In this document: positions 1-8,723 of the stretch, piece after piece | Layout: the number at the start of each line of letters is the position of its first letter | Numbering within the stretch: the first letter of the stretch is position 1 | NCBI GenBank assembly: GCA_963932905.1 | Contig: CAWVRN010000043.1 | Coordinates: 1 to 22,632, forward strand | Source of the DNA: an uncultured Bdellovibrio sp. | GTDB taxonomy: Bacteria > Bdellovibrionota > Bdellovibrionia > Bdellovibrionales > Bdellovibrionaceae | Reading direction: 5' to 3' | Length of the DNA stretch: 22,632 nt | Notes under the pieces: generated by a model | Seen by the model: only the letters and a program-made list of their open reading frames with translations | What the model was told of the DNA's origin: nothing | The model's database searches: none | Program-made: the position numbers and the translations under genes

Positions 1-52
1 ACTGTCTTTCCAATAGAATTTAGCTTCTTAGCCGCAAGCTAAGGAGCCAGTT

Positions 53-1360
53 CTAGCTTCTTAAGCCTAAATGCTTTTGAAGTTCGACTAAAAAGAAAAT
101 GCTGAATATGTTCGAGTGTTCTAATTTATCGTGTTTTAAGGCCGCGGGTTGGTGATCCGATCCGTATAGTCGTTCGTCGATAGAGATCTCGCTGAAATGT
201 ATTAGCATGGATTCAAGGGGAATGGCTTCAGGGTTTGGTTTGTAGGGAAAGCCGGTCATGTCGACGCGCTCGTGGGTCTTTAAGATGATCTGTTTGATCG
301 ATTCTGGTATTTCCATTTTCCTAGATAAAATCGCGACAAGGCTCATCGAAGGATGCTTTTTGTATTCGTCTACTTCAGTTCTGCTCAACAAGCGGAGATC
401 AACGCCTTGTCGGATTTTTTTTGATAATTCAGGAGCTAGGAATAACAGTCCTAAGTCGGCTAATAGGGCGGCCATCAGAGTGTCTACTGGTTTGCCCATT
501 TTAGATTGGATACCCAAATGAGCCGCAAAAGTAGCGACCGCCGGGCTTCGTTCAACCGAAGCGTAGTTTCCAATCGACGCGTGATGAAATATCGGCCATA
601 CATTATCTACAAACTTTAATGTATCTACCAAGTTTATAGCGTTCGCTGTGCACACCCTTAAGAGTTCAGTTCCTCTTTTAAAATTTGAATTTTCGCTATG
701 GTCGCAAAAATACATGATCAAATCAAAATAGCTAGTCAGCAAAGATAGAAATTGCATACGACCATTTTTGATCGAAAATGTTTCATATTTACCGCGATAG
801 TTCTGAAATACGTTAAGGTCTTTTCGCTGAATATAAAGTTCACGAACTTTGCTTAGTTTTTCCATGCGGTATTCGGTGATTGTTTCGTTTGGCCATAAGA
901 TAGGAAGGAACTTTTGATTGATCGGCATGGAATGATAGACAAAGCAATTAATAGACGAACCAACACGCAGTTCGCTCATCTTAATCGCTATATGGGATGT
1001 CTTGATTTTTTGTAACGCCACAAACTCTAATTTGCTTGAATTTGATAGATCTGAATCTAAAAACACGCAATCGGCGCCCGCTTTTTTAAGATTTTGAGGA
1101 ATCTCCAAGCTTAATTTCGGCGAAATAGCGACGCATAGAAAAGATTCTGGGAGTCGCTGCTTCAGTATTCTAATATCGGCTAGCAAGTTGCTTTCGCTTT
1201 TGTAAGATTCTGTAGTTAATAATACAAAATCGGCGAATTTATTTACCGTTCGGCTTTCTGTAATTTGATAGAACGAGTAACCGGCATCTTTGCAGACTTC
1301 TTGGCAACGTTTAACGATTTTGTCGTTTGCAGAAATAACTAAAAAATTAACTGTATCCAT
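53..1360 (-). CDS. Degenerate HD-GYP domain protein with N-terminal receiver-like alpha/beta region
   Basis: C-terminal YKKHP...ILKTHERVDMTGFP...IPLESMLI matches the HD-GYP HHExxDGxGYP region. The HD dyad position reads LLADLG (H->A). ATG at 1360 follows GAAAGGGA; the ORF track extends to a GTG at 1393. Confidence 0.8.
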   Translation of the reverse strand: MDTVNFLVISANDKIVKRCQEVCKDAGYSFYQITESRTVNKFADFVLLTTESYKSESNLLADIRILKQRLPESFLCVAISPKLSLEIPQNLKKAGADCVFLDSDLSNSSKLEFVALQKIKTSHIAIKMSELRVGSSINCFVYHSMPINQKFLPILWPNETITEYRMEKLSKVRELYIQRKDLNVFQNYRGKYETFSIKNGRMQFLSLLTSYFDLIMYFCDHSENSNFKRGTELLRVCTANAINLVDTLKFVDNVWPIFHHASIGNYASVERSPAVATFAAHLGIQSKMGKPVDTLMAALLADLGLLFLAPELSKKIRQGVDLRLLSRTEVDEYKKHPSMSLVAILSRKMEIPESIKQIILKTHERVDMTGFPYKPNPEAIPLESMLIHFSEISIDERLYGSDHQPAALKHDKLEHSNIFSIFFLVELQKHLGLRS

Positions 1361-1423
1361 TGCTAAGATCCCTTTCGGTTTGTATACATTCACAGAATAA
1401 GGCGCATCAGTTTACCTTGCCAC

Positions 1424-1512
1424 TTAAGAAATCTTCAGGGGTTGTGCTAAGTAGCAGTAGCGCAGGATTAAGGCCTATTAAATCGGTCAATATGGTGATG
1501 AAGATTTCTTGA
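1424..1512. promoter_or_regulatory. Two inverted copies of a TCAAGAWWTCTTGA-like motif (candidate operators) upstream of the HD-GYP gene
   Basis: TTAAGAAATCTTCA at 1424-1437 and TGAAGATTTCTTGA at 1499-1512 match the core of the 13922-13941 palindrome at 12/14 and 13/14 positions. Confidence 0.45.
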
Positions 1513-1811
1513 GTCGCGATTTCTCGAGTTCCAAATTGAGAACAAAAAAGTAATGATGAATTCATCGGCCACGGATGGTTGATTGCGTAACGGCTCACGG
1601 ACAGAGCGAACTCCTTTTCAAGTTTTTTCCGTCATTTCCCAGCACTAAAACTCAAGTTGAACGGCCCCCTCGACAGAGGGGGAAGTGGTTTTTCGAAAAA
1701 ACTACAGATCTTTGGTGCTTAAACCAAATCTACCGCCTGCCTAAATCGTCACTGGTGTCTAAATCTCTACAGTGGATAATGGCATTTGGTTCCCCTATAT
1801 TGGGATACTGA

Positions 1812-2942
1812 ATGAAAAACTCTATTTTGAAAACAGCTGTGTTATCTCTACTTCTTATGGTGAGCGAAGTTTCTTTTGCAGGGAACTTGGCTTGTCGACA
1901 GGTCTACCGTCCGGCCCTAACGGAAATTCAATATTTAATGAATACTAAAGATCTTGTTTCTTTTGTTGAGCGTGGAAATGCGCCTCGACAGGGTATTGAT
2001 AAAATATGGTCTTCGCGTGCTGTTCTTCAGGAATTATTAAGCTTACGTGGTCCACTTGGTCCGCTTGGCCCAGTAGGTGAGTTAGGACCTATTGGTGATA
2101 ATACTTGGAATCCGTCGTTCTGGTGGACTCAGTTTGTTCGATCCAATGTTTGGAGGCTATCGGCAGGCAAGCTATCTACGAAGGCAGGCCCGCTGAGTAA
2201 GTATGGCTCTTTAAGTGACATTGGTCCTTTAGCTAAAGATTGGGGTGAAGGTGCTTATTCTATCCTTGGTACACGGGGAATTCTTGGTCCTTTAGGCCCT
2301 CTGGGCGCATTGGGATTGATGGGTGCATTGCAAACGGTGGGATTAAAAGGTCCCGACGAAAATGGTAACTATCGCTACAAAGGAAGAATCATCAAATCTG
2401 TGAATATCGAATGGACCGATGGCGTTCGAGAATTTGAAATCATGGAAAAATACACCAGCAAAGAAGCCCAACGTCGCAGTCGTGATGGATCCCTTGAAAA
2501 TAGTTACATGGTGGATGCGTCTATGTCGGCGTTTGAATCTAAGCAATCTTATAAATCTAAAAGTGACCGTGAAAAATTAGTGTCGGTATTGGTTGTTCCT
2601 GATGCGGGTGCGATGGTGAATATGTTTGGTATGCCATTGCCAACAAATTTTTCTATCGAAGTTCGTGATAAATCAGGCAACCTGATTGGTATCTCGGATA
2701 TGTCATTGCAAGCTAACTTTGTTCAGTTCGCGGTTCCTAAGAATGGCGAATATGAAGTGATCATTAAACGTCAGGGTTTTTCGGCTCTACCGCTAGGGTA
2801 TCGTTTGATCTCTGTTGGTGCCGGTGCAGAGCTATTCGAAATGTTCCCTCACATAATAGACGCGAATACCGCAATTAATTTGCACGCGCAGATCGAAGAT
2901 TACCTGAAAGAGTTGAAAGATAAGCACTTCAAAGAACGCTAG
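1812..2942 (+). CDS. Secreted hypothetical protein with Gly-Pro-Leu (G-X-X) repeats
   Basis: Signal peptide ending SFA. Repeats GPLGPLGPVGELGPIG and GILGPLGPLGALGLMG. Beta-rich C-terminal domain. Confidence 0.8.
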   Translation: MKNSILKTAVLSLLLMVSEVSFAGNLACRQVYRPALTEIQYLMNTKDLVSFVERGNAPRQGIDKIWSSRAVLQELLSLRGPLGPLGPVGELGPIGDNTWNPSFWWTQFVRSNVWRLSAGKLSTKAGPLSKYGSLSDIGPLAKDWGEGAYSILGTRGILGPLGPLGALGLMGALQTVGLKGPDENGNYRYKGRIIKSVNIEWTDGVREFEIMEKYTSKEAQRRSRDGSLENSYMVDASMSAFESKQSYKSKSDREKLVSVLVVPDAGAMVNMFGMPLPTNFSIEVRDKSGNLIGISDMSLQANFVQFAVPKNGEYEVIIKRQGFSALPLGYRLISVGAGAELFEMFPHIIDANTAINLHAQIEDYLKELKDKHFKER

Positions 2943-2960
2943 GGATATCACCTGAAATAA

Positions 2961-2988
2961 AAAGACCCGCGATATTTCGCAGGTCTTT
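2961..2988. terminator. Probable bidirectional intrinsic terminator
   Basis: AAAGACC-C-GCGA-tatt-TCGC-A-GGTCTTT hairpin between convergent genes, with A/T-rich flanks. Confidence 0.7.
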
Positions 2989-3019
2989 AGTGGTTTTTAA
3001 AATTTAAATCAAATTTAAA

Positions 3020-4033
3020 TTAGAATTTGCCAAGTAGGCGGTAAACCATTTTTTGGATCGCGATTACTTGCGGTCCATTTTTATTTACGTAGTCAGAGCC
3101 AGAGTATCCGAACCAGTCCCAGCATCCATACGGATTAGTGAATCCAGAACTTGTGACTTGAGGGTAAAGTACGATGATGTTGTTTGTTTCAGCCCACTCG
3201 TTAAGACCACTGTTAGTTACATATTGATCTTTGATGTAGTTTGGACCCATTTGGCAACCGTGTAAATTAACGTGTAAACGGCAGCCATTACGAGTCGCTG
3301 TTTGGCAAGCTTTTGGTACGTATACATAACCCGTTTGATACAATGAAGAATTGCCAGTTTGGAATTCGCTTTGGTCGAACGCGAACAATTGCTTCTTAAT
3401 TTCGGCTGGTGCTTTGATTGGAGGTAATAGAGGACCATACATTTGAGTTAAAATGTCGCCAGCCATATCGTAGTTACAGTTAGAAATCCATGGAGATGCT
3501 TGTGAGCTGCATGAATTGCCGAACCGATTTGTGATCCAACCGTGACCAGATGGAACGTCGTTTTTGTATTTGATGTTTTTAGCTGATGTTAACTTAGAGT
3601 AAAATTCGTAAAGCTTATCACTGTTACCTGGAGCCACAACGGAATCGTTTTTGCCAGCGTAAATGTAAACGCGAGAATTTTTTAAGTTCTCAAGTTTCTC
3701 GATTTTACCTGCAGCTTCGTCTGATTTAGCTTTTTGAAGGAATGTCGCTGTGTTCAACATCGCTGGATTTCTCATGCATGTCATTTGCGCTGTTAATGCA
3801 TTTCCTTGGGCGCACCAGTAAATACCACCAGCTACCGACGCAGCACCTTTAAATACAGTTGAAAGAGCTACGTGAAGTTGGACAGCCATAAAACCGCCAG
3901 CTGAAATACCCGATACTGTGATCGTGGAAGGGTTAACACTCAGGGGAGTCAATTTGCTTACTCCGCGGTATTGAGCATTTGCCAATCCAGTGACGAAAAG
4001 AACAAGTCCTAGTCCAAGTATTCTAATATTCAT
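3020..4033 (-). CDS. phaZ: Extracellular PHB/scl-PHA depolymerase family esterase (catalytic domain type II, no substrate-binding domain)
   Basis: Signal peptide. N-terminal lipase box VSGISAGGFMA, catalytic D (GKNDSVV) and H (SGHGW), plus LHVNLHGC, NEWAETNNIIVLYPQ and NPYGCWDWFGY motifs. Confidence 0.88.
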   Translation of the reverse strand: MNIRILGLGLVLFVTGLANAQYRGVSKLTPLSVNPSTITVSGISAGGFMAVQLHVALSTVFKGAASVAGGIYWCAQGNALTAQMTCMRNPAMLNTATFLQKAKSDEAAGKIEKLENLKNSRVYIYAGKNDSVVAPGNSDKLYEFYSKLTSAKNIKYKNDVPSGHGWITNRFGNSCSSQASPWISNCNYDMAGDILTQMYGPLLPPIKAPAEIKKQLFAFDQSEFQTGNSSLYQTGYVYVPKACQTATRNGCRLHVNLHGCQMGPNYIKDQYVTNSGLNEWAETNNIIVLYPQVTSSGFTNPYGCWDWFGYSGSDYVNKNGPQVIAIQKMVYRLLGKF

Positions 4034-4207
4034 AGAGTCTCCTATAAGTTTCCAAAGGGTTGTCTAATTAGTGTAATTAGTCGATATACATAAGCCGCTT
4101 GTAGGTACAAGGCATCCTAACCAAAAGCAAACACTATTTTAGAGTGAAAACTGTACATGGAGAATTCTCCATACAGGCTCGGGTATAGAGTTTTTGCTCT
4201 ATGTGAG

Positions 4208-4234
4208 TAAAAAATGCAGACTGATAACCGACAG
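4208..4234 (+). promoter_or_regulatory. Possible sigma28 (FliA)-type promoter
   Basis: TAAA-N15-ACCGACAG versus the consensus TAAA-N15-GCCGATAA, 35 nt upstream of the ATG at 4270. Confidence 0.3.
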
Positions 4235-4269
4235 TTTAAGAATTTGCCATTAGGTCTAATATATTTAGC

Positions 4270-5421
4270 ATGCATGCAATCAAATCGTTCATTTTAACTT
4301 TAGTGCTTGTTGTTTTGGCTCAAGCGGATAGTCGCCTGACTGTTTATGTTTATCCTCCGAGTCAGCCCCTTAACTGGAAAAGTCCAAAGACCCTGATCTA
4401 TTCGTTTCTAAGAATTCAGGGCCTTAAGGCAATAAAGCAGATTCCAAGTTCGTCATCATCCTTCGTTTCTGATTTTAATGAACCTGGTTCAATCGATACC
4501 ATGTACATGTCGACGATGGGGCATACGATTGCTCATGTACAATGTGAATTGGAAAATGGAGTTCTATATGATCGTTGGAGTTCGTTGTCTGGTGAGGATG
4601 ACGTCAGTGAAGATTATAATTTAGCTTTTAAACAGAAAATTGGCGTGGGTTTGTTATTTCATAAATTTATCGACGGGCATATTATCTCGGGTGCTGAAAA
4701 CTACAAACGCCTAATTCACTATCGCGGTCAGAAATACAAAGATTCGAATGGTAAAACTCAGGTCTCTAAACCAAAGTATTTATCTTTTTCTATCGACCCT
4801 CAACAATGTCAAAATTTAAAAGGCATGATTGATTTCTATGAATCCTTTCATTTTCCTAAAAATACTCCAACCTCTGAATTAAAGAAACGATCGGCACAGC
4901 AGACTTTGTTTTTCACAAATGTGATCGATCCGTATGATAGCTACATTGAAAGACAGAAAAACAGCCAGGCGGAAGTGGGCGGTGGTTGCGCGCCCTACGC
5001 GGTAGGATTGGTGAAGATGACAGGGTTGTTTACTGCTACTCTTGACAAAATCTGGAGCCGTTTGCAACCGGTATCAGAAAATTTAATTGGTGGTGTATCG
5101 GCGTCCGGTCAAACAGTCAGGGCAGTAAATATGAACTCTATTTTGGTCGGTAAGCTGGGCAATCACTGGATGTATGCCGGTCAGCCGAATCAAGTTGTGA
5201 AAATGTATGATCCGCAAAACATTTGGGAAAATATCATGGCTCTTGAAAACTGTGTCTCTAAAAAGCAATGTACCGCAGAGCTTGAGGCGATTCAGCGAGA
5301 GTTTCAAATGCTGGGCAAGTCGTTGCATGTTGGATCGCCACATGTATTTGCCGATCAATATCGAGCTGGGAAAAAAGAAAAATCCGTTTCGCAATCCATC
5401 ACTGGGTTAGAAGTTAGATAA
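4270..5421 (+). CDS. Secreted hypothetical protein, possibly a permuted papain-like (NlpC/P60-type) hydrolase
   Basis: Signal peptide MHAIKSFILTLVLVVLAQA. MGHTIAHV precedes GGGCAPYAVGLVKMTG (His before Cys). The CDS is solid; the function is inferred. Confidence 0.7.
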   Translation: MHAIKSFILTLVLVVLAQADSRLTVYVYPPSQPLNWKSPKTLIYSFLRIQGLKAIKQIPSSSSSFVSDFNEPGSIDTMYMSTMGHTIAHVQCELENGVLYDRWSSLSGEDDVSEDYNLAFKQKIGVGLLFHKFIDGHIISGAENYKRLIHYRGQKYKDSNGKTQVSKPKYLSFSIDPQQCQNLKGMIDFYESFHFPKNTPTSELKKRSAQQTLFFTNVIDPYDSYIERQKNSQAEVGGGCAPYAVGLVKMTGLFTATLDKIWSRLQPVSENLIGGVSASGQTVRAVNMNSILVGKLGNHWMYAGQPNQVVKMYDPQNIWENIMALENCVSKKQCTAELEAIQREFQMLGKSLHVGSPHVFADQYRAGKKEKSVSQSITGLEVR

Positions 5422-5423
5422 GT

Positions 5424-5452
5424 TTGACAACCATCGATTGATAACCTAGAAA
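5424..5452 (+). promoter_or_regulatory. Candidate sigma70 promoter
   Basis: TTGACA (5424-5429), 17 nt spacer, TAGAAA (5447-5452). AGGAGA RBS before the ATG at 5477. Confidence 0.5.
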
Positions 5453-5476
5453 TTTTCCTAAATTAGGAGATAGGTT

Positions 5477-6211
5477 ATGCAAAAAATTTGGATAGTGTTG
5501 AGCTCGGCAATGTTGTTTTTTTCTACTGTGGGATTTGCTCAAGAACAAACAAAACCTTGGTCAAATGAATCGGAAGCTTCAGTTGTTCAGGTAGGTGGTA
5601 ATGCGACATCGGAAAGCTACAGTGCTAAATCAAAAACATCGTATAAAATAGACGCCAATATAACAACGGTCACGGGTCGCTACTTGCAAACTAAGTCGTC
5701 GGGTGCAGAAACAGCGAAGCAATGGGAAGCTGCGGCTCGCTATGAGCGTGAGTTGAGTGTTGATTGGGCTGCTTTCTTACAGCACGGTGCAGAGAGTGAT
5801 TGGTACGCAGGCTACGTTCAAAGGGACAATACTGATTTGGGCGGCAAGTATTACTTCACAAAAAATGAATTAGAGACGTTTTTTTCTGAGGCGGGTTTTC
5901 GTACATCGAAAGAAATTTCTTCACCAACGAACGAAGTCAGTACGTTTAATTCTGGCCGTTTGTATTTAGAGTACAGTAAAAAGGTAAACGAATCTGTATC
6001 TGCGAAAGCTTGGGTTGAGTATCTGCCAAACTTTACGACTCCTGATGCATACCTTGTGAACTATGAGCCATCAATGAGTGTGATGATGTCACAGATATTT
6101 TCGATCAAAGTGGCATATCTAGTTAAGTATCATAATAGAACTGATCCGGCGAAACTGAATGAGAAAAAAGAAGATACTACCTTCACAACCGCTCTGGTAG
6201 CGAAGTTCTAG
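5477..6211 (+). CDS. DUF481/YdiY-family outer-membrane beta-barrel protein
   Basis: Signal peptide, GGNATSE N-terminal strand motif, alternating beta strands, and C-terminal KKEDTTFTTALVAKF with a terminal Phe. Confidence 0.85.
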   Translation: MQKIWIVLSSAMLFFSTVGFAQEQTKPWSNESEASVVQVGGNATSESYSAKSKTSYKIDANITTVTGRYLQTKSSGAETAKQWEAAARYERELSVDWAAFLQHGAESDWYAGYVQRDNTDLGGKYYFTKNELETFFSEAGFRTSKEISSPTNEVSTFNSGRLYLEYSKKVNESVSAKAWVEYLPNFTTPDAYLVNYEPSMSVMMSQIFSIKVAYLVKYHNRTDPAKLNEKKEDTTFTTALVAKF

Positions 6212-6316
6212 ACTATTATTACATGTAATATATCGTTTCACCTCAGTCTTAGGGCTGGGGTGACATTGTTCTTTGGGCAAATTCATTTTAAAATGAAGTT
6301 TAAACAAAGGACGGCT

Positions 6317-7552
6317 ATGAAAAATTTTAAACTTGTATTAATGACGGTGTTGTTATCAACCGTGACCATGGCTCAAGTAGATTCTTCGCAAATCGAAGCG
6401 GAAGAAGCTAAAATTGATTCTGAATCGGCTAAAGCAGAAGCGAACGAAAGTAAACGTCGTGCCGATGAAGAAAAGAAAAAACGCGATCAAATTCAAAGCG
6501 AAGCTAAATCATTGATAGAAAAATATAAAAAAATAGAGCAGCAATCAAAAGAACAGCAAGCTGAATCTGAAAAACAAGCGCAGTTTTTTAAAAAAGAACA
6601 AGACGAAGCTCAAGCCCAAATGAAAAAAACGGACGAAGAAATCGCCCGAACTCAAAAACGTATCCAAGAAATCAAAGACAGGACAGCTAAAGCTAAAGAA
6701 GAAAAAGAAAAAATGGTCGAGCAAAAAAAAGAGACCGAAAAAGTTCTGAAGAAACGTCAAGACGAAGCTAAGGAAGCAGAAAAAGAGCAGTTAAAAGCCG
6801 ATCAGGAATCTGAGAAAACAAAAACTGAAACTGTAAATCTGCAAAAAGAACAACGCATTAACGAGCAAAAATTAGCTAAATCAAAGCAAGATACAGAAAA
6901 AGCAAAGGCTCAGTTAGCATCTAACAAATTAAAGATGGAACAAGAGAAATCTAAAACCGAGAGTGAGCTTAAAAAGATCAACGCCGAAATTGAAAAAAAC
7001 AGTGCCGCTATCAAAGATCTTGAAAAGGAACTGAAGCAGGTCTCTGAGCAGGTTGAAAAGGCCCAGGCCGAAACTAAAAAGGCAAAAGCCGACTATGAGA
7101 AAACTATATCTCAACGTGAAGAACTAAAAAAGAAAACAGAACAGGCTAAAAAGGAATTCCAAGAGAATACTAAAAATTTGGAAAAAGAAAATGCCAAGCT
7201 TCACCAAGAGCAAAACGCCTTAAAGGCAGAAAATGATCAGCAGACAGTGATTGTTCGTAATCAAGAAGAGGCACTGAAGAAATTAACCGGCGAGCAGGCG
7301 AAACTGAAAGAAGATATCGATCGAGTGAAAAAGGATCGAGATTCAAAAATGGCGCGAAATAAAGAGTTAGAAACCAAGACTCAAGAAGATAAAATCAAAC
7401 TCGAGACTTTGACTTCGGAATTGGAAACAGAAAAAACAAAGCTAGAAACAGAGAAAATTAAAAACGATGCGCTAGAAGCAAAAAACAAAGAGAACAAGGC
7501 GCAGATCGATGAAAAACAAGATGCTTTGAAGAAAGCTAAAAAGAAAAAATAA
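6317..7552 (+). CDS. Exported long coiled-coil (Lys/Glu/Gln-rich) protein
   Basis: ATG at 6317 after AAGGA. Signal peptide MKNFKLVLMTVLLSTVTMA is followed by about 390 aa of Pro-free K/E/Q/A helical sequence. Confidence 0.85.
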   Translation: MKNFKLVLMTVLLSTVTMAQVDSSQIEAEEAKIDSESAKAEANESKRRADEEKKKRDQIQSEAKSLIEKYKKIEQQSKEQQAESEKQAQFFKKEQDEAQAQMKKTDEEIARTQKRIQEIKDRTAKAKEEKEKMVEQKKETEKVLKKRQDEAKEAEKEQLKADQESEKTKTETVNLQKEQRINEQKLAKSKQDTEKAKAQLASNKLKMEQEKSKTESELKKINAEIEKNSAAIKDLEKELKQVSEQVEKAQAETKKAKADYEKTISQREELKKKTEQAKKEFQENTKNLEKENAKLHQEQNALKAENDQQTVIVRNQEEALKKLTGEQAKLKEDIDRVKKDRDSKMARNKELETKTQEDKIKLETLTSELETEKTKLETEKIKNDALEAKNKENKAQIDEKQDALKKAKKKK

Positions 7553-7569
7553 CTTCAAACTAAATTTTG

Positions 7570-7612
7570 AAAATAAAAAACCCAAGACTAAAAAGCTTGG
7601 GTTTTTTATTTT
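7570..7612. terminator. Bidirectional intrinsic terminator
   Basis: Perfect 17-bp inverted repeat AAAATAAAAAACCCAAG / CTTGGGTTTTTTATTTT with a 9-nt loop, between convergent genes. Confidence 0.9.
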
Positions 7613-8714
7613 ACACTGTTGGCGCCTGAGTCGTTGCGGGTTGAACTGGGTTGAATAACAGTTTTTGTGTTGGATAGGCGATTTCAATTTTCAAATTATT
7701 AGCGATTGTTAATATCTGAAATAGAAAATCTTGTTGAACCAAGTTTTCAACCTTAACGTCTGGGCTTGTGGCAAAGAACGTGACCTGTACATCAACGCTG
7801 TAATTGCTTAGGCTAATCAAGTTGATTGTGATATCGCTGTGGTCGACTTGCGGATGCTTAGCTAAAAATTCGTTCACGGCTGCCATAAAACTACGAATCG
7901 CATCCGTCGACGTATCGTAAGACAGTGTAATTGTATGGCGAATACGGCGTTTGTATCGAGCCGATAAATTTTCTAGTTTTTCTTTTGCTACCGTTGAGTT
8001 GGAAATGGTTACAATGGAATTAGTGGGTGTTCGGATCTTTGTTGAGCGAAAGCCAATTTCAATAACAGTGCCTTCTACATCCATAACTTTGATGTAATCA
8101 TTTAGTTTAAATGGTTTATCCGCCAGAATGGTGATTGAGCCAAATAGATTAGCGACCGTTTCTTGCCCGGCTAACGCGATAGCGATACCACCGATACCCA
8201 GACCGGCCAGGACGCTGACCACATTAATTCCTAAGTTTTGCAAAACGATTAATACACCTAGAATAATAAGGACAAATTTAGCGGTCTTAACGGCAAATGG
8301 GATGATTTCATTGGGATGGCCATCGGGATCACCTATGCGTTGAGCCCAGTGAACTGATACAATGTCGATACCTATAATTAACATTTGAAGCCAGCGGAAA
8401 CCGATCAGGATTTGTGCGAACAACGTCATGTATTTATCTAGATTTTTGGGAAACCCTAACATATCGACGACCGAAATAAAAATCATCAATGAAATAATCC
8501 ATCCTAAGGGACGCTGAATTTCCGTTTTAGTGATTTCGGCAATGAAAATATTTTTATTATTAGAAATTAAACCACTATTTTTTAGCTGTTTTAAAAAATG
8601 CTCAACGGCACGACGTAAAAATGGAAATAACATAATGACGAGTGCAAACGCCATCCATTTCCATGTTGGCATTAATACATATTCTGTTTCGATTATAGAT
8701 TGAAATGATTCCAC
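7611..8714 (-). CDS. mscS: Small-conductance mechanosensitive channel (MscS family)
   Basis: N-terminal TM helices, then LAGLGIGGIAIALAGQETVANLFGSITILADKPFKLNDYI...EGTVIEIGFRSTKIRT, and C-terminal IEIAYP. Confidence 0.93.
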   Translation of the reverse strand: MESFQSIIETEYVLMPTWKWMAFALVIMLFPFLRRAVEHFLKQLKNSGLISNNKNIFIAEITKTEIQRPLGWIISLMIFISVVDMLGFPKNLDKYMTLFAQILIGFRWLQMLIIGIDIVSVHWAQRIGDPDGHPNEIIPFAVKTAKFVLIILGVLIVLQNLGINVVSVLAGLGIGGIAIALAGQETVANLFGSITILADKPFKLNDYIKVMDVEGTVIEIGFRSTKIRTPTNSIVTISNSTVAKEKLENLSARYKRRIRHTITLSYDTSTDAIRSFMAAVNEFLAKHPQVDHSDITINLISLSNYSVDVQVTFFATSPDVKVENLVQQDFLFQILTIANNLKIEIAYPTQKLLFNPVQPATTQAPTV

Positions 8715-8723
8715 ATGTACCTC

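Noticed and set aside
1407..1811. Short ORFs 1407-1598 (-) and 1575-1811 (+)
   Set aside because: They have non-ATG starts and no protein-like features, and lie in a divergent promoter region. A small peptide is not fully excluded.
1394..1811. c-di-GMP-I riboswitch or 6S/SRP RNA next to the HD-GYP gene
   Set aside because: The conserved motifs (e.g. GGCAAA...GCAAA for c-di-GMP-I, or the SRP GGAA loop motif) were not found by eye on either strand.
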